NCBI GenBank assembly: GCA_017443985.1
Contig: JAFSXR010000030.1
Span: 516-64,515, forward strand
Source: Synergistaceae bacterium
GTDB lineage: Bacteria; Synergistota; Synergistia; Synergistales; Aminobacteriaceae
DNA length: 64,000 nucleotides
Direction: 5' to 3'
Shown here: positions 27,036 through 37,500 of the stretch, piece by piece
Position numbering within the stretch: position 1 is the first letter of the stretch
How the letters are laid out: the number at the start of each line of letters is the position of its first letter
Translations under genes and position numbers: made by a program
Notes under the pieces: generated by a model
The model's database searches: none
The model's input: only the letters and a program-made list of their open reading frames with translations
What the model was told of the DNA's origin: nothing

Positions 27036-28270
27036 TGCTGAAAAATTTTGACATTGATAAAACATTATCTTCGTCGTGGGCTTTGTGGCTTATCTCAATA
27101 GCTATGGCCGTTTCCATGTGGATTTACGTAACAGGCATTGAAGAGAGCGAATACATCACGCGGAAGTTTACATGTCCGATTGAATACAGAGGGCTTGACG
27201 CTCAAGCAATTTTAAGAGGCCGGCGCACTGAAGCTGACATTGAAATACGAGGCACGGAGGCGGCTATGATGAGGCTCGATTATAATTCGATCTCCGCGTA
27301 CGTTGACGCAAGAAATTTAGCACCGGGCAAAAAATATACCGTTAATCTTAACGTAGACATGCCGAATAATATAAATCTTGTTTCATGTTCGCCTTCGCAG
27401 GTAACTTTAGATTTAGTTCGGCAGGTTACGCGCTTGATGGCCGTCGAGACAGTCCTGCCGCAAAATATTCCGGAGGGTCATTATATTGAAGGCGTTGAGA
27501 TAATTCCCAAAGAAGTCGGCATAAAAGGCGCGGAAGATGACGTTGTGAAAGTCGGAGCCGTCCGCATAATGCCCACCATAGAAGAATTACAGGAGGGCGG
27601 AGAACATTTAATGGCCGTAAAATTTGCGCAGTCGGAAGCCTTTGAGGGCACTGTCAACGTCGAGCCGGCGCAGGTTAGATTTCACGGGACTTTAGTTCGC
27701 GGCCTCCCCCGTAAGAGAGTGCCTGTTAATGTCAGGCTGACAGGCAAACTTGACAGTGATTACGAGGTCCGCGCAATTACTATAGACCCGTCAGAAATTC
27801 AAGTTGAAGGAAATACGGACGACCTCGCAAAAATTGAAGCCGTTGACACTGAAGTTATAGATGTGTCTTTAATGGCGGCGGATAAAATTATTGTCGCTCC
27901 TTTGAAGCAGCCGGAAGTACCGGGCGTTTCTCTCGTGAGCACACAGTCAGTGCGCGTCAATTTGCAGTTAAGCGAGATACGCGCCGAAAAAGTGCTCTCA
28001 AATATCCCTGTCGAGCTTAGAGAGCTTTCAACCCCTCCTGAAGAATGGGAGTGCAACCCTAAAACCGTTTCCGTAGCTATAGAGGGCAGGCCGTCATTAA
28101 TTGCGAATTTCCCTGAAGGCGAAGTCATAGTGAGAGCATACGTTGACATGACGAATATTTTTATGGCTCCCGTAACTCTTCCGGTGCGCGCAGAAATTAT
28201 TTCCGGCGACGCTTTCAAAGTAACAAGAATTGCGCCCCCTAACGTAACAATAAACGAAATAGAAGAATGA
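27032..28270 (+). CDS. cdaR: CdaR / YbbR-domain regulator of CdaA
   Basis: Overlaps cdaA by 4 nt. It has one N-terminal TM helix and then repeated YbbR-like beta modules (..VPVNVRL.G...YEV..I.I.PS.I.V.G..). Confidence 0.75.
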   Translation: MMLKNFDIDKTLSSSWALWLISIAMAVSMWIYVTGIEESEYITRKFTCPIEYRGLDAQAILRGRRTEADIEIRGTEAAMMRLDYNSISAYVDARNLAPGKKYTVNLNVDMPNNINLVSCSPSQVTLDLVRQVTRLMAVETVLPQNIPEGHYIEGVEIIPKEVGIKGAEDDVVKVGAVRIMPTIEELQEGGEHLMAVKFAQSEAFEGTVNVEPAQVRFHGTLVRGLPRKRVPVNVRLTGKLDSDYEVRAITIDPSEIQVEGNTDDLAKIEAVDTEVIDVSLMAADKIIVAPLKQPEVPGVSLVSTQSVRVNLQLSEIRAEKVLSNIPVELRELSTPPEEWECNPKTVSVAIEGRPSLIANFPEGEVIVRAYVDMTNIFMAPVTLPVRAEIISGDAFKVTRIAPPNVTINEIEE

Positions 28271-28339
28271 AATTCCTATAACTAACTCCTCAAATTCTAA
28301 TCGCGGCTTTTCAGAATACCGCAATAAAATTCATTTTTT

Positions 28340-28391
28340 CCCCAAAAAATTAAGATAAAATTCTAAATTATTTACACGGAATTTTTTCGGG
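28340..28391 (+). mobile_element. possible mini/remnant copy of the MITE-like element (TIR pair only)
   Basis: CCCAAAAAATT (28341-28351) and AATTTTTTCGGG (28380-28391) resemble the two element termini facing each other, with only ~28 nt between them. Confidence 0.3.
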
Positions 28392-28408
28392 AAGTGAGAT
28401 TTTTTAAC

Positions 28409-29632
28409 ATGTTTGAAATTTTTAGGACAGCAATACGCTCATTGTTTGCAAACAGAACGCGCTCTATTCTTACAATGCTGGGAATAATAATCGGTGTCGG
28501 AGCTGTTATCACTCTTGTAGCCATAGGCAACGGGGCCTCAAGTCAGATGCAGGGGCTCATGGATAGCTTCGGCTCTAATTTAATTATAGTCATGCCGGCA
28601 CCGCCGAACACGACAGGAGCAAGAGGAGCGGCAGGAAGCGGAATGAATTTAACCCTTGCAGACTCTACGGCGATCGCCGGTGAGGGCTTTTCAGTTTTGA
28701 GAACGGCACCGGAAGTCAACGGCTCGGCCCAAGTTATTTACGGGAACAATAACTGGAGCACAAGCATAACCGGCTGCACCCCAGATATTTTGCCTGTCAG
28801 AATGTGGGAGATCGGCACGGGCGTTTTCTTTTCTGATTCTGAAGTACGAAGCGGCGCAAAGGTCTGCGTTATCGGCGCGACCGTCGCAAAAGAACTCTTC
28901 GGCTACACCGACCCCGTAGACAGCACGATAAGAATCAGAAATATTCCTTTTCGAGTCTGCGGCGTAATGAAAGCTAAAGGAGCGAGCTCCTTCGGCGAAG
29001 ATCAGGACGATTTTGTTTTAGTCCCGATAACGACGGCTCAAAGACGTTTGTTTAGAATGGGGACTCGCGTTGACACGGTCAGACGGGTAAATGTTCAGGC
29101 AAAATCACGCGAGCTGCTCGACACGGCAAAACAAGAAGTTACTTCAATACTTCGACAGCGTCATAAATTAACTGAAGGCGTTGAAAATGATTTTCAGATA
29201 AGAGATTTAACGCAGTCCTTAGAGAATGCCGCAAGCATGGCCAACATCATGAGCCTTCTTTTAGGCTCGATAGCGTCAATATCTTTGATAGTCGGCGGCA
29301 TAGGAATTATGAATATTATGTTAGTGTCAGTCAGCGAACGCACACGCGAGATCGGAATAAGAATGGCTATCGGAGCGAGGCCCTCGAATGTCCGTATGCA
29401 GTTTCTAACCGAAGCTGTAGTCTTATCAATTTTAGGCGGCATAATCGGAATAATTATAGGATTTGTAATTTCTTCGGCAGCGTCATCATTCTTGGCCTTT
29501 AATGCGATCGTCTCAATGAACTCTGTTTTTATAGCCGTAGGATTTTCAGCGGCTGTTGGAGTTTTCTTCGGCTTCTGGCCTGCTTGGAAAGCCTCAAATC
29601 TTGATCCCATTGTCGCGCTGAGAGCAGAATAA
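28409..29632 (+). CDS. ABC transporter permease, MacB/FtsX family
   Basis: N-terminal TM segment (RSILTMLGIIIGVGAV), a large periplasmic MacB_PCD-like domain and a C-terminal FtsX 3-TM bundle (GGIGIMNIMLVSVSERTREIGIRMAIGA). I prefer ATG 28409 over GTG 28394. Confidence 0.85.
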   Translation: MFEIFRTAIRSLFANRTRSILTMLGIIIGVGAVITLVAIGNGASSQMQGLMDSFGSNLIIVMPAPPNTTGARGAAGSGMNLTLADSTAIAGEGFSVLRTAPEVNGSAQVIYGNNNWSTSITGCTPDILPVRMWEIGTGVFFSDSEVRSGAKVCVIGATVAKELFGYTDPVDSTIRIRNIPFRVCGVMKAKGASSFGEDQDDFVLVPITTAQRRLFRMGTRVDTVRRVNVQAKSRELLDTAKQEVTSILRQRHKLTEGVENDFQIRDLTQSLENAASMANIMSLLLGSIASISLIVGGIGIMNIMLVSVSERTREIGIRMAIGARPSNVRMQFLTEAVVLSILGGIIGIIIGFVISSAASSFLAFNAIVSMNSVFIAVGFSAAVGVFFGFWPAWKASNLDPIVALRAE

Positions 29633-29634
29633 CA

Positions 29635-29655
29635 GTTAGGAGTCAGGAATTAAGA
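29635..29655 (+). repeat. SD-like heptamer array immediately 5' of the TolC-like start
   Basis: GTTAGGAGTCAGGAATTAAGA, followed by ATG 29656. Confidence 0.75.
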
Positions 29656-30969
29656 ATGAAAAAAATTTTTATAATTTTGTTAATAATATTTTGCTCGTCG
29701 TCCTCGTTTGCCGACGAAAAAATTACAAGCAGCGATATTAGCGGCCTGTCTCTTGAAGAATGTCTGAATATCGCGCTGACAAATCACCCGTCATTGAAAA
29801 AATCAAAGGGCGCGGTTCGTGCCTCCCGTGCTGCTCTTGAGCAGACGAAATCTTCAAACAGGGTTAAAGTTAATTTGACGAGCCGGACAAATTTTGCCGG
29901 AGATTATCAAACTTGGGACAGCCGCTCAGCGTCTCAGATGCTCGGAATAAGCGCGACAAAAACTCTTTATGATACCGGCGTGAACAGATTAAACCGCGAG
30001 ATAAGCATGGAAAGCCTCAGCGGTGTTCTTGAGAGCGAGAGACAAACTCAAATAAACGTCGCCGCCGAAGCAAAAAAAGCATATTACGATTTAGTCCTAA
30101 AAATTCTTAACCGCGACGTTGAACGCGAAAAATTAAAAAATCTTGAGGAACATTTAATCACGGCGAAAGGACTTTATGAGGTCGGCAACAGTCCTTTTAT
30201 TAACGTTACGAAGGCTGAAGCCGACGCTGCGACGGCCCGTGTATCTTTATTGAAAGCCGAGAACGATATTTTAACGTCGCAGGAAAGTTTGAAAGTCGCT
30301 ATGGGCGTGAGCGATTATGAAATTTTAGATTTAATGCTCTCGACAAGTCTGCTCCTGCCGAAATCCGCCGGAGAGATCTCAAAAATTTTAGAGACAGCCA
30401 TGAATGACAGAGCGGACTACAGAAAAATTCTTCATACGTTAAAACAGCGCGAACTTGAAATAAAAGCTGCGGCTCGCGGAAATTCTCCGACAATCACAGG
30501 CTCAATCGGCACTGACTGGGGCAAGAGCGAAGGCTCCCCAACGACTACGGACTATACTGTCGGAGTAAGTGTTAATGTGCCTGTTGAGGACGGCGGTTTG
30601 ACTGCGGCAAAGATCGAAGCAGCCCGGGCGCAGTTAGATCAGGACTTGGCCGATGAAGAAAGCCTGCGCCAGACAATCGCACATGACTTGAGAAGCGCGG
30701 CCTTGACTCTTACTAATGCAATAGAGCGCGCAAAATCTTCGGAGTTAAGCGTTCAATACGCCGAAGAAAATTTAACGCTTGCACGCGGCCGTTACGAAGT
30801 CGGTGTCGGCGACCCTCTCGAAATCAGCGATGCGGTATCGACTCTTGCAAGTTCACGCTATACTTTTTATCAGGCTCTTTATGATGCTCAAATTGCACGG
30901 ACTAATTTAGATCAAGCTATGGGGCATTTACCGGAAGAGTTAGGAGTTAATAATTATGGCAATAATTGA
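29656..30969 (+). CDS. TolC-family outer membrane efflux protein
   Basis: Signal peptide and two OEP repeats (LSLEECLNIALTNHPSLK, coiled-coil-rich segments, ..YEVGVGDPLEISDA..Y.ALYDAQIA). Confidence 0.85.
   Translation: MKKIFIILLIIFCSSSSFADEKITSSDISGLSLEECLNIALTNHPSLKKSKGAVRASRAALEQTKSSNRVKVNLTSRTNFAGDYQTWDSRSASQMLGISATKTLYDTGVNRLNREISMESLSGVLESERQTQINVAAEAKKAYYDLVLKILNRDVEREKLKNLEEHLITAKGLYEVGNSPFINVTKAEADAATARVSLLKAENDILTSQESLKVAMGVSDYEILDLMLSTSLLLPKSAGEISKILETAMNDRADYRKILHTLKQRELEIKAAARGNSPTITGSIGTDWGKSEGSPTTTDYTVGVSVNVPVEDGGLTAAKIEAARAQLDQDLADEESLRQTIAHDLRSAALTLTNAIERAKSSELSVQYAEENLTLARGRYEVGVGDPLEISDAVSTLASSRYTFYQALYDAQIARTNLDQAMGHLPEELGVNNYGNN
30937..30953 (+). repeat. short SD-like heptamer array at the TolC-like 3' end / ATPase RBS
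   Basis: GAGTTAGGAGTTAATAA encodes ..ELGVNN.. and precedes ATG 30956. Confidence 0.6.
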
Positions 30970-31678
30970 AGTTGAAAATCTTGTTAAAATTTACAAGACC
31001 GGCGATGTGGAACTCCGCGCCCTCGATGATGTTACATGCTCGATTAATAAAGGCGAATTTGTCTGCATAATGGGGCCGTCAGGTTCGGGCAAGTCCACGA
31101 TGATGAATATTTTAGGCTGCCTTGACGTTTTGACTTCGGGGAAATATATTCTTGACGGCTTGAGCATAAAGGGACAGAACAAGGCCAAGCTCGCTGACAT
31201 TCGCAATCATGAAATAGGCTTTGTCTTTCAGGGATATAATCTTTTACAAAAGGCTGACGCTCTCGAAAATGTTGAGATGCCCTTAATGTATCGCGGAGTT
31301 CCTTCGTCGAAACGAAAAAAAATGGCAGAAGAAGCTCTTGAAAGTGTCGGGCTTGCCAGTCAAATTCATAAAAGGCCCGTTCAAATGAGCGGAGGACAGC
31401 AGCAGAGAGTTGCAATAGCCCGCGCCATTGTAGGCAAAGCTCCGATTTTAATGGCCGATGAGCCGACCGGCGCATTAGATACAAAAACCAGCGTCGAAAT
31501 TATGCAGATTTTTACAGCCCTTCACAACGAGGGCACTACGATAATTTTAGTAACTCACGAGCCGGATATAGCCACGTGGAGCGAAAGGGTTTTAAGATTT
31601 AGAGACGGAAAGCTCGTATCGGACGAGGCCGCGCCGAAAGACGTTTCAAAAGAAAACGAAGCCAAGCCGGGAATTTGA
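30956..31678 (+). CDS. ABC transporter ATP-binding protein (MacB/LolD type)
   Basis: [23 protein letters not shown] and LMADEPTGALD. Overlaps the TolC-like gene by 14 nt. Confidence 0.9.
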   Translation: MAIIEVENLVKIYKTGDVELRALDDVTCSINKGEFVCIMGPSGSGKSTMMNILGCLDVLTSGKYILDGLSIKGQNKAKLADIRNHEIGFVFQGYNLLQKADALENVEMPLMYRGVPSSKRKKMAEEALESVGLASQIHKRPVQMSGGQQQRVAIARAIVGKAPILMADEPTGALDTKTSVEIMQIFTALHNEGTTIILVTHEPDIATWSERVLRFRDGKLVSDEAAPKDVSKENEAKPGI

Positions 31679-31719
31679 TAACATCATAAAAAAATTTCAT
31701 AAAAGGAGAAAAAATCTTC

Positions 31720-33672
31720 ATGAGAAAATATTTATTGCTTTTCATATTTTTTATTTTTTCACTCCTATCTCCTGTCTCCTGCTTCCTGTCTGAATTAACT
31801 GCCGCAGAAATTCCGCGCGCAAACCTCGACGAAGCAGAAAGATTTTTTAATAACGCCTACGTTCATTTCATGCGCCGCGATTACAGAGAGGCTCAGCTGT
31901 ATCTCGATCACGCGATAAACGAAAACACATATATGGTAGATTATTATTTGCTTAGCTCGTTAAATCTCAGCCGCATGGGCAACACCGAAGGCGCAATGTC
32001 AGCTATCAAAAGTTATCTCGAAGTCAGACCGATGGACGACTCCGCACCGCGCATAAGAAATTATTTTGAAGAACAGGACAGAGTCTTGAGAGCTGTATTA
32101 GACACCGCGCCTCTCCCCGTCAGCTGGCGTTCGGCAGAGACCACAGTACAGACTGAATGGGATACGGGATATACACGCCCGTTTAGCATAAAGGGGCTTG
32201 GAAAAATCAGCACGCTTGGCGAAATAGTCAGCATACCTGACACATTTGGAGATAAATTATATGTCCGCAACCCTTCTAAAAATTTAGTAGCAGGATCTTT
32301 CGGAATCGGAGGCACAATACGCGAGATCGATGTCCCTTCGCCGGTGATAGCTTTGCCGCTCGGAGATGGAACTTTCAGAGTTTTTACCAGCAACGGAGAT
32401 TTATACATGCTCAAAAATCTTGACGCTGACGCTGACGCAAAATTAACTTCAGCTGATTATTCCGAGTATATTGCGACTTTGCCGTCTATGGTCGTGGCTG
32501 ACGCTGAAATCCTTGCAGAAAATTTTTTTGCCGTCGCGGACCCTGCCGACAGAAATATAGCTTTTTATGTAGTTACGCCCTCAAGGCTCAGTGTAAGGAC
32601 ATGGGAGCCGCCGCTTGGAATCGGCGATTTATTATTCGAGCCCGTTGCTGTTGAGGGCTACGCGGATTGGCTTGCCATTGCCGACAGGGCGAACGACAGA
32701 ATTTATTTATTAAACTCTGTAAGCCATGAATATTTTGACATTCGAGGAGTGTCAAAGCCGCGAGATTTAATCTGGACCTCGTTTGGAAATTTATTTGTCT
32801 TGACGGAAGACGGAGATATTTACGACTTCACGATAGACTTCGGCACGCGCACATATGCGAACAGACATTCAGGCGCGTTATATTCAGGTTTGAAAAATAT
32901 ATGGTCGTTTTTTCATTCTGCTTATGGCGACATAAACTGGATGGACATCGGGGCCTCCAGAATTTTTAAGGCCGTTATGATCCCTTCACGAGAGGACGTG
33001 CCGGGCTTTTTAAGCATTTATAATCCCGTCATGGCAACTAACTTAGAAAATAACGAGAGCTTTATACTCGATGCTACTTTAATAACGCCGTTCGTAAATT
33101 ATTCTCATAACACAAGAATTATAGCTCAATCAGTTTGGAACGAGCGAAATATGCGCTGCAATGTCATGTGGCAGAAGCCGAAAAATTTTGATGCCCTTCT
33201 AATTCACGGGCCTATGCCACGCGGTCAGGCTTTCCCGTTAAACGTCAGACCGGCGCAGGTTACCTCAGGAACTGATATTAATTCGGTCTTATCATCTTTT
33301 TGGCTCCTCCACAAGGACACACTGACAAATATAATCATTGATGCTTCAATACCAATGAGAATAGATGATTTACTGATGCTCTTAAAATTCTGCGTGCTGA
33401 ACGGCCTTGAACTTGATATATATGCGAGAGACGTTCCTTCGCTGTCGCTGAAGCGTGCGAGTGCGTTTACAGGGGGCAGAACGATATATTCAATAGCGAA
33501 TACGATAAGCCTGCCGGTAAAGATGACTCATCTGCAGATTCAAATTCCTCTGCCTCAGGAATTATCTTCGTCAGGTTATCCGGGACGCTCAATGCTTGCC
33601 ATGTTCTTAGATGCCGGTTTAATTCAGTCAAGAGCGTGGATCCCCCTATATCCCGATATGTTTGAACGATAA
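31720..33672 (+). CDS. secreted hypothetical protein (TPR-like N-terminus, beta-rich remainder)
   Basis: Long ORF with a signal peptide (MRKYLLLFIFFIFSLLSPVSC). The helical-repeat-like region FNNAYVHFMRRDYREAQLYLDHAI.. is followed by about 500 aa with no motif I recognise. Confidence 0.6.
   Translation: MRKYLLLFIFFIFSLLSPVSCFLSELTAAEIPRANLDEAERFFNNAYVHFMRRDYREAQLYLDHAINENTYMVDYYLLSSLNLSRMGNTEGAMSAIKSYLEVRPMDDSAPRIRNYFEEQDRVLRAVLDTAPLPVSWRSAETTVQTEWDTGYTRPFSIKGLGKISTLGEIVSIPDTFGDKLYVRNPSKNLVAGSFGIGGTIREIDVPSPVIALPLGDGTFRVFTSNGDLYMLKNLDADADAKLTSADYSEYIATLPSMVVADAEILAENFFAVADPADRNIAFYVVTPSRLSVRTWEPPLGIGDLLFEPVAVEGYADWLAIADRANDRIYLLNSVSHEYFDIRGVSKPRDLIWTSFGNLFVLTEDGDIYDFTIDFGTRTYANRHSGALYSGLKNIWSFFHSAYGDINWMDIGASRIFKAVMIPSREDVPGFLSIYNPVMATNLENNESFILDATLITPFVNYSHNTRIIAQSVWNERNMRCNVMWQKPKNFDALLIHGPMPRGQAFPLNVRPAQVTSGTDINSVLSSFWLLHKDTLTNIIIDASIPMRIDDLLMLLKFCVLNGLELDIYARDVPSLSLKRASAFTGGRTIYSIANTISLPVKMTHLQIQIPLPQELSSSGYPGRSMLAMFLDAGLIQSRAWIPLYPDMFER
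31761..31790 (-). repeat. heptamer array (CTCCTNN orientation) inside the signal-peptide coding region of the 650-aa protein
   Basis: ACTCCTATCTCCTGTCTCCTGCTTCCTGTC encodes ..LLSPVSCFLS... Confidence 0.75.
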
Positions 33673-33685
33673 GCCGCGAAAAAAT

Positions 33686-33712
33686 TAAAGTCTCTCAACT
33701 TCGTTCCGATAT
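33686..33712 (+). promoter_or_regulatory. sigma-28 (FliA)-type promoter for flgM-flgN-flgK-flgL
   Basis: TAAA (33686-33689) - 15 nt - TCCGATAT (33705-33712), against the consensus TAAA-N15-GCCGATAA. It lies 69 nt upstream of the flgM ATG. Confidence 0.6.
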
Positions 33713-33780
33713 TGAATATAAAACGAGAAAGTCAGCAAAAAGACTTTATAAAAATCTTTATCAGAAGGAGGAGCGTAAAA

Positions 33781-34074
33781 ATGATTGGCAGAATATCAGG
33801 GCAGTATAACCTCGATGCCCTGAACGGTAAAAAATCAAGGCGAAATGTGTCGTACAACGGAAACTCAGCGACCGAGTCGGACAACGCGAATTTCAGCTCA
33901 TTCGGGACTTTGCTTGCGAAAGTCAACGCCGAGATAAAAAATATTCCCGATGTTCGTGAAGATGTTGTGGCAAATTTTAAGACGCAGGTTGAATCGGGAA
34001 AATACAATCCCCCGCTGGATAAGCTGGCTGGTGCTTTGATAATGGCCGGAATGTTAGACGTTGCGGCAGAGTAA
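33781..34074 (+). CDS. flgM: anti-sigma-28 factor FlgM
   Basis: 97 aa, SD GGAGGAG at 33767-33773. The C-terminal VREDVVANFKTQVESGKYNPPLDKLAGALI matches the FlgM sigma-28-binding helices, and the gene sits in the flgM-flgN-flgK-flgL context. Confidence 0.75.
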   Translation: MIGRISGQYNLDALNGKKSRRNVSYNGNSATESDNANFSSFGTLLAKVNAEIKNIPDVREDVVANFKTQVESGKYNPPLDKLAGALIMAGMLDVAAE

Positions 34075-34090
34075 AAAATAAATTGAGAAA

Positions 34091-34546
34091 ATGCGAGCCG
34101 AAGTCGAGAAATTAATCAGCGCGGTTCTTGACGAAGCCGACTGTATAGATGATTTAATTGACGTAATGCGCGAACAGCGTGATGCTATGGCTGAACGCGA
34201 TACCAAAGCGATAAATTCCTTAATGGACGAGTCTAGGGATATTTCTTTTGAAGTACAGACCCACGAAAATATACGCGACGATTTAGCAAAAAAATTAGCC
34301 GCTAAGTTTTCATGTGAGCCAAGAGCGAGTTCGCTTGCGTCAGTTATGCAAGATGATGAACGCGATGAATTTAACAGGGCTGCTGATAGGCTGTCGCAGT
34401 CCGTTTTTTTATTAAAGTCAGAAATAATGATATTAAACGGCCTTATAGACCAGAACGAAAAATATACTTCAATGTTGCTTTCGGAATGGCGCAGACTTAA
34501 CGGGGATACTATTTCGCAGTCTGGTTCGGCTGATTTCAGGGGGTAA
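34091..34546 (+). CDS. flgN: FlgN-like flagellar export chaperone
   Basis: 151-aa helical protein between flgM and flgK. The N-terminal L.....L..E......L...M.EQRDAM pattern is typical of FlgN. Confidence 0.6.
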   Translation: MRAEVEKLISAVLDEADCIDDLIDVMREQRDAMAERDTKAINSLMDESRDISFEVQTHENIRDDLAKKLAAKFSCEPRASSLASVMQDDERDEFNRAADRLSQSVFLLKSEIMILNGLIDQNEKYTSMLLSEWRRLNGDTISQSGSADFRG

Positions 34547-34552
34547 ATAAAA

Positions 34553-37500
34553 ATGAGCAGCACTTTCGGCGGTCTCGAAATGGGAAAATCCGCGTTAAAT
34601 GCCTTTAGACTTGGAATGCAAACCGTCGGGCACAACATATCAAACATGAACACTGAGGGATATTCCCGTCAGCGTGTAGTTTTTTCGACTGTTACGCCCG
34701 AAGATATTGCACACGTCGGACAGCTCGGTCAAGGCATGTACGCAAGTACTATTGAGCGTATCCGCGATGAGTTCTTGGATTTTCAATTTAGAGATAATCA
34801 AGCGACCTTAGGATATTGGGAAAAAATTAATGATTTATATGATTCTATTCAGAATTACATAGCCGAGCCGCAGTCTACGGGCTTGCGTTCAGCTATGGAT
34901 ACATTTTTTACTAATATGCAGACCCTGCAGAAATCCCCTGAAGATACAAGCGCAAGGACAGCTCTTGTCGAGTCAGCTAACTCGATCGGCGGAATGTTGT
35001 CCAATTTAATTTATAATTTTAATACTTATAACGAATCCATAAATATGCAGGTTCAACAGTCCGTCGCCGAAGCTAACCAGATGCTTTATGATTTAGCTGC
35101 TCTGAACAAAGAAATTACTAAAGCTGAAGCCTTAGACCAAAACGCTAACGATTTATACGATAAAAGAGATTTAATTTTGGATAAGCTCTCTAAAATGATG
35201 GACATTGAATATAATGAGCCTCTTGAAAGAGACGGAGTAAAGGGCGAATTTTTCTTGTCCGTTAATGGCCGTGTGCTTGTGCAGGGTATTCACGTTAGAG
35301 AGCTGAAAGCACATGCTTTCATGTGGGACAATCAGGTTTATTATGATGTCCAAGTCGCTGAAAACGAATTTGATATAGTTGACGATATAAACGTAGCTGA
35401 AGCCCTAGCGACAGGCCCGGAAGGAACGTATCAATTAACAGTTGACAGAGTCGCTAACGGCGTGGAATGGACCGCAGGCGGCGGCAATGCTCACTGCTTG
35501 GAAGTTACAGCCGCAGTAACATCTGAATTTGATACAAAAATCACGGCAGGCGGAGCTAACGTCGGACTGCTGCCTACAGTAGAGCTTGAGACATCAAAAT
35601 TAGAGGACGGAATTATTCTTGATAAAGATGATACCGGGTCTCACTCGCTTTCTTTTGCAATGACGGACAGCAACGGTACAGCTTCAAACCTTAATGTAAC
35701 TATTACAAAAACACAAACTGTTGAGATTCAAACTGCAAGAATAAAAAACACTGTAACGGGCATTGACAACGCAAATATCCTCGACAGATATTCAGGAGAC
35801 GGGCCGTACACATTATCTTTTACAACAAATAGCGGCACTTCTACAATCACGATACAAAGAACGGACGACGGCTGGCAATTAACTGACGGCACAAACACGA
35901 CGACAGTTGCTTCTACAAATTTAGATATAAGCTCGCTTGCAAGTTTTCTGAACGGATTGAGTGCAGGTTTTTCAGCAACGGTCAATACTTCTTCAAATAC
36001 GATGACCTTCAAAGTAACTGACAGTCCGATAGATGCGTCAACATCAATTATTTCTATAAGCGACACAAGCAATTTGCTTGGAACTCTGACAGAAAAAAAA
36101 TACTGGCAGCTTAGCGACGGCACCACGTCAACGGTGATAGAGGAAGAAGATTTAACGGTAACTGACCTCGCAGACTTTATCAACAGCACCGGCGCAGTTT
36201 TTACGGCAACGGCTGACACTGCAAATAATTTGATGACGTTCAGACTAAACAGTCCTCTTAGCGTAAATTCTTCGATTGAATTGACTGACACTGACGGAAT
36301 TTTAGGAGACGTAGCAAAAGTTAAAGACCCGGAAAATACGGTATTGAATTTATCCGGAAGTTTTGATATTCAGTATGGAGACCAGACAATTTCAATTACT
36401 GTTGCCAGCACGGATACTCTTGCGACAATCAGGGATAAAATTAACAATCAGGCCGCGTCTAATACTGTGCTTAAAGAGGCGGATTTCACTGCTTCGACGG
36501 ACAGAGGCTATCTGACGATCAGCGCGGACAGCAACAACGGAGAAACCATAACGATTACGAGCAGCAGCGATGCTTCTATGCTTGAAACGCTGGGCCTTGT
36601 ATCATCGGGCACGACAGTCTCGACTGAAGGAAATTTTGTTTTAGACTCTTCGTCGGCCGATATACCGTATAAGTTATCGTTCAGAGTTCTTGATGAAGAT
36701 GATGTTCCGTCAGTGTTGACAATAAAAATTGACAGAGCTGAATATGTTAATGATGAGAATAACCGCGTCAATGGCTGGACCTTACGGGCTGAACTTAACG
36801 GAGAGCCGATCTATTACGATACAGACTCAAAGGGCAATATAGTTTATCATCACACCAACGGCGAAAATTTGACGCTTGAGGAATTACAAAACTTCATTAA
36901 TGACGCAGCTTCAGACGGCGATGTTGCGCTTGAGGCCAATATAAGCAATAACTCTCTTGTTTTTACATCGACTGCTGAAAATTCCTTAGAAATTACTGAC
37001 TATACGGGCATGTTGGGCGTATTGACGGAGATCAAGCGGGAATTAGCAGGCGTAACCATGAGGGCGGAGCCTGCTGAAATCACGGACGCTCTTAATATTT
37101 CAGGCTCGTTTAGAATACAGGTAGGCACACAGGGAACTCGCGTAACGTCCGAAGTTTTTAGGGAGAATAACGCGAAAAATCTTGCTGAGGGCGATATTCT
37201 TGCGCAAGGCACGGCAGGCGAAAAGCATACTTTCAGAGTTGGAGTAGCCGGAGATCAGGTCGATTTTTCGGCAACTTGGAACACTTCAACGGGAAAATGG
37301 GTTTTAAGCTCTGACTTAGGAATGAGCGCGGCCGCAGGAGAAACTCTCACAGTAAAAGATTTAACGGACTTCATGATGAAAACTTTTTCAAACGCCGACA
37401 AGGCAGACAATCCTGCGCTAATCAGCCTGAGCGTAACGACCGGAAAATCATCAACAGGAACTTTGACGCAGTTTTATGTTGAGAGCAAAGACAATCATTT

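Noticed and set aside
34054-34653. 199-aa minus-strand ORF antisense to flgN
   Set aside because: It lies fully within the well-supported flgM/flgN/flgK coding strand. The peptide is low-complexity and serine-rich, with no RBS. It is a typical shadow ORF.
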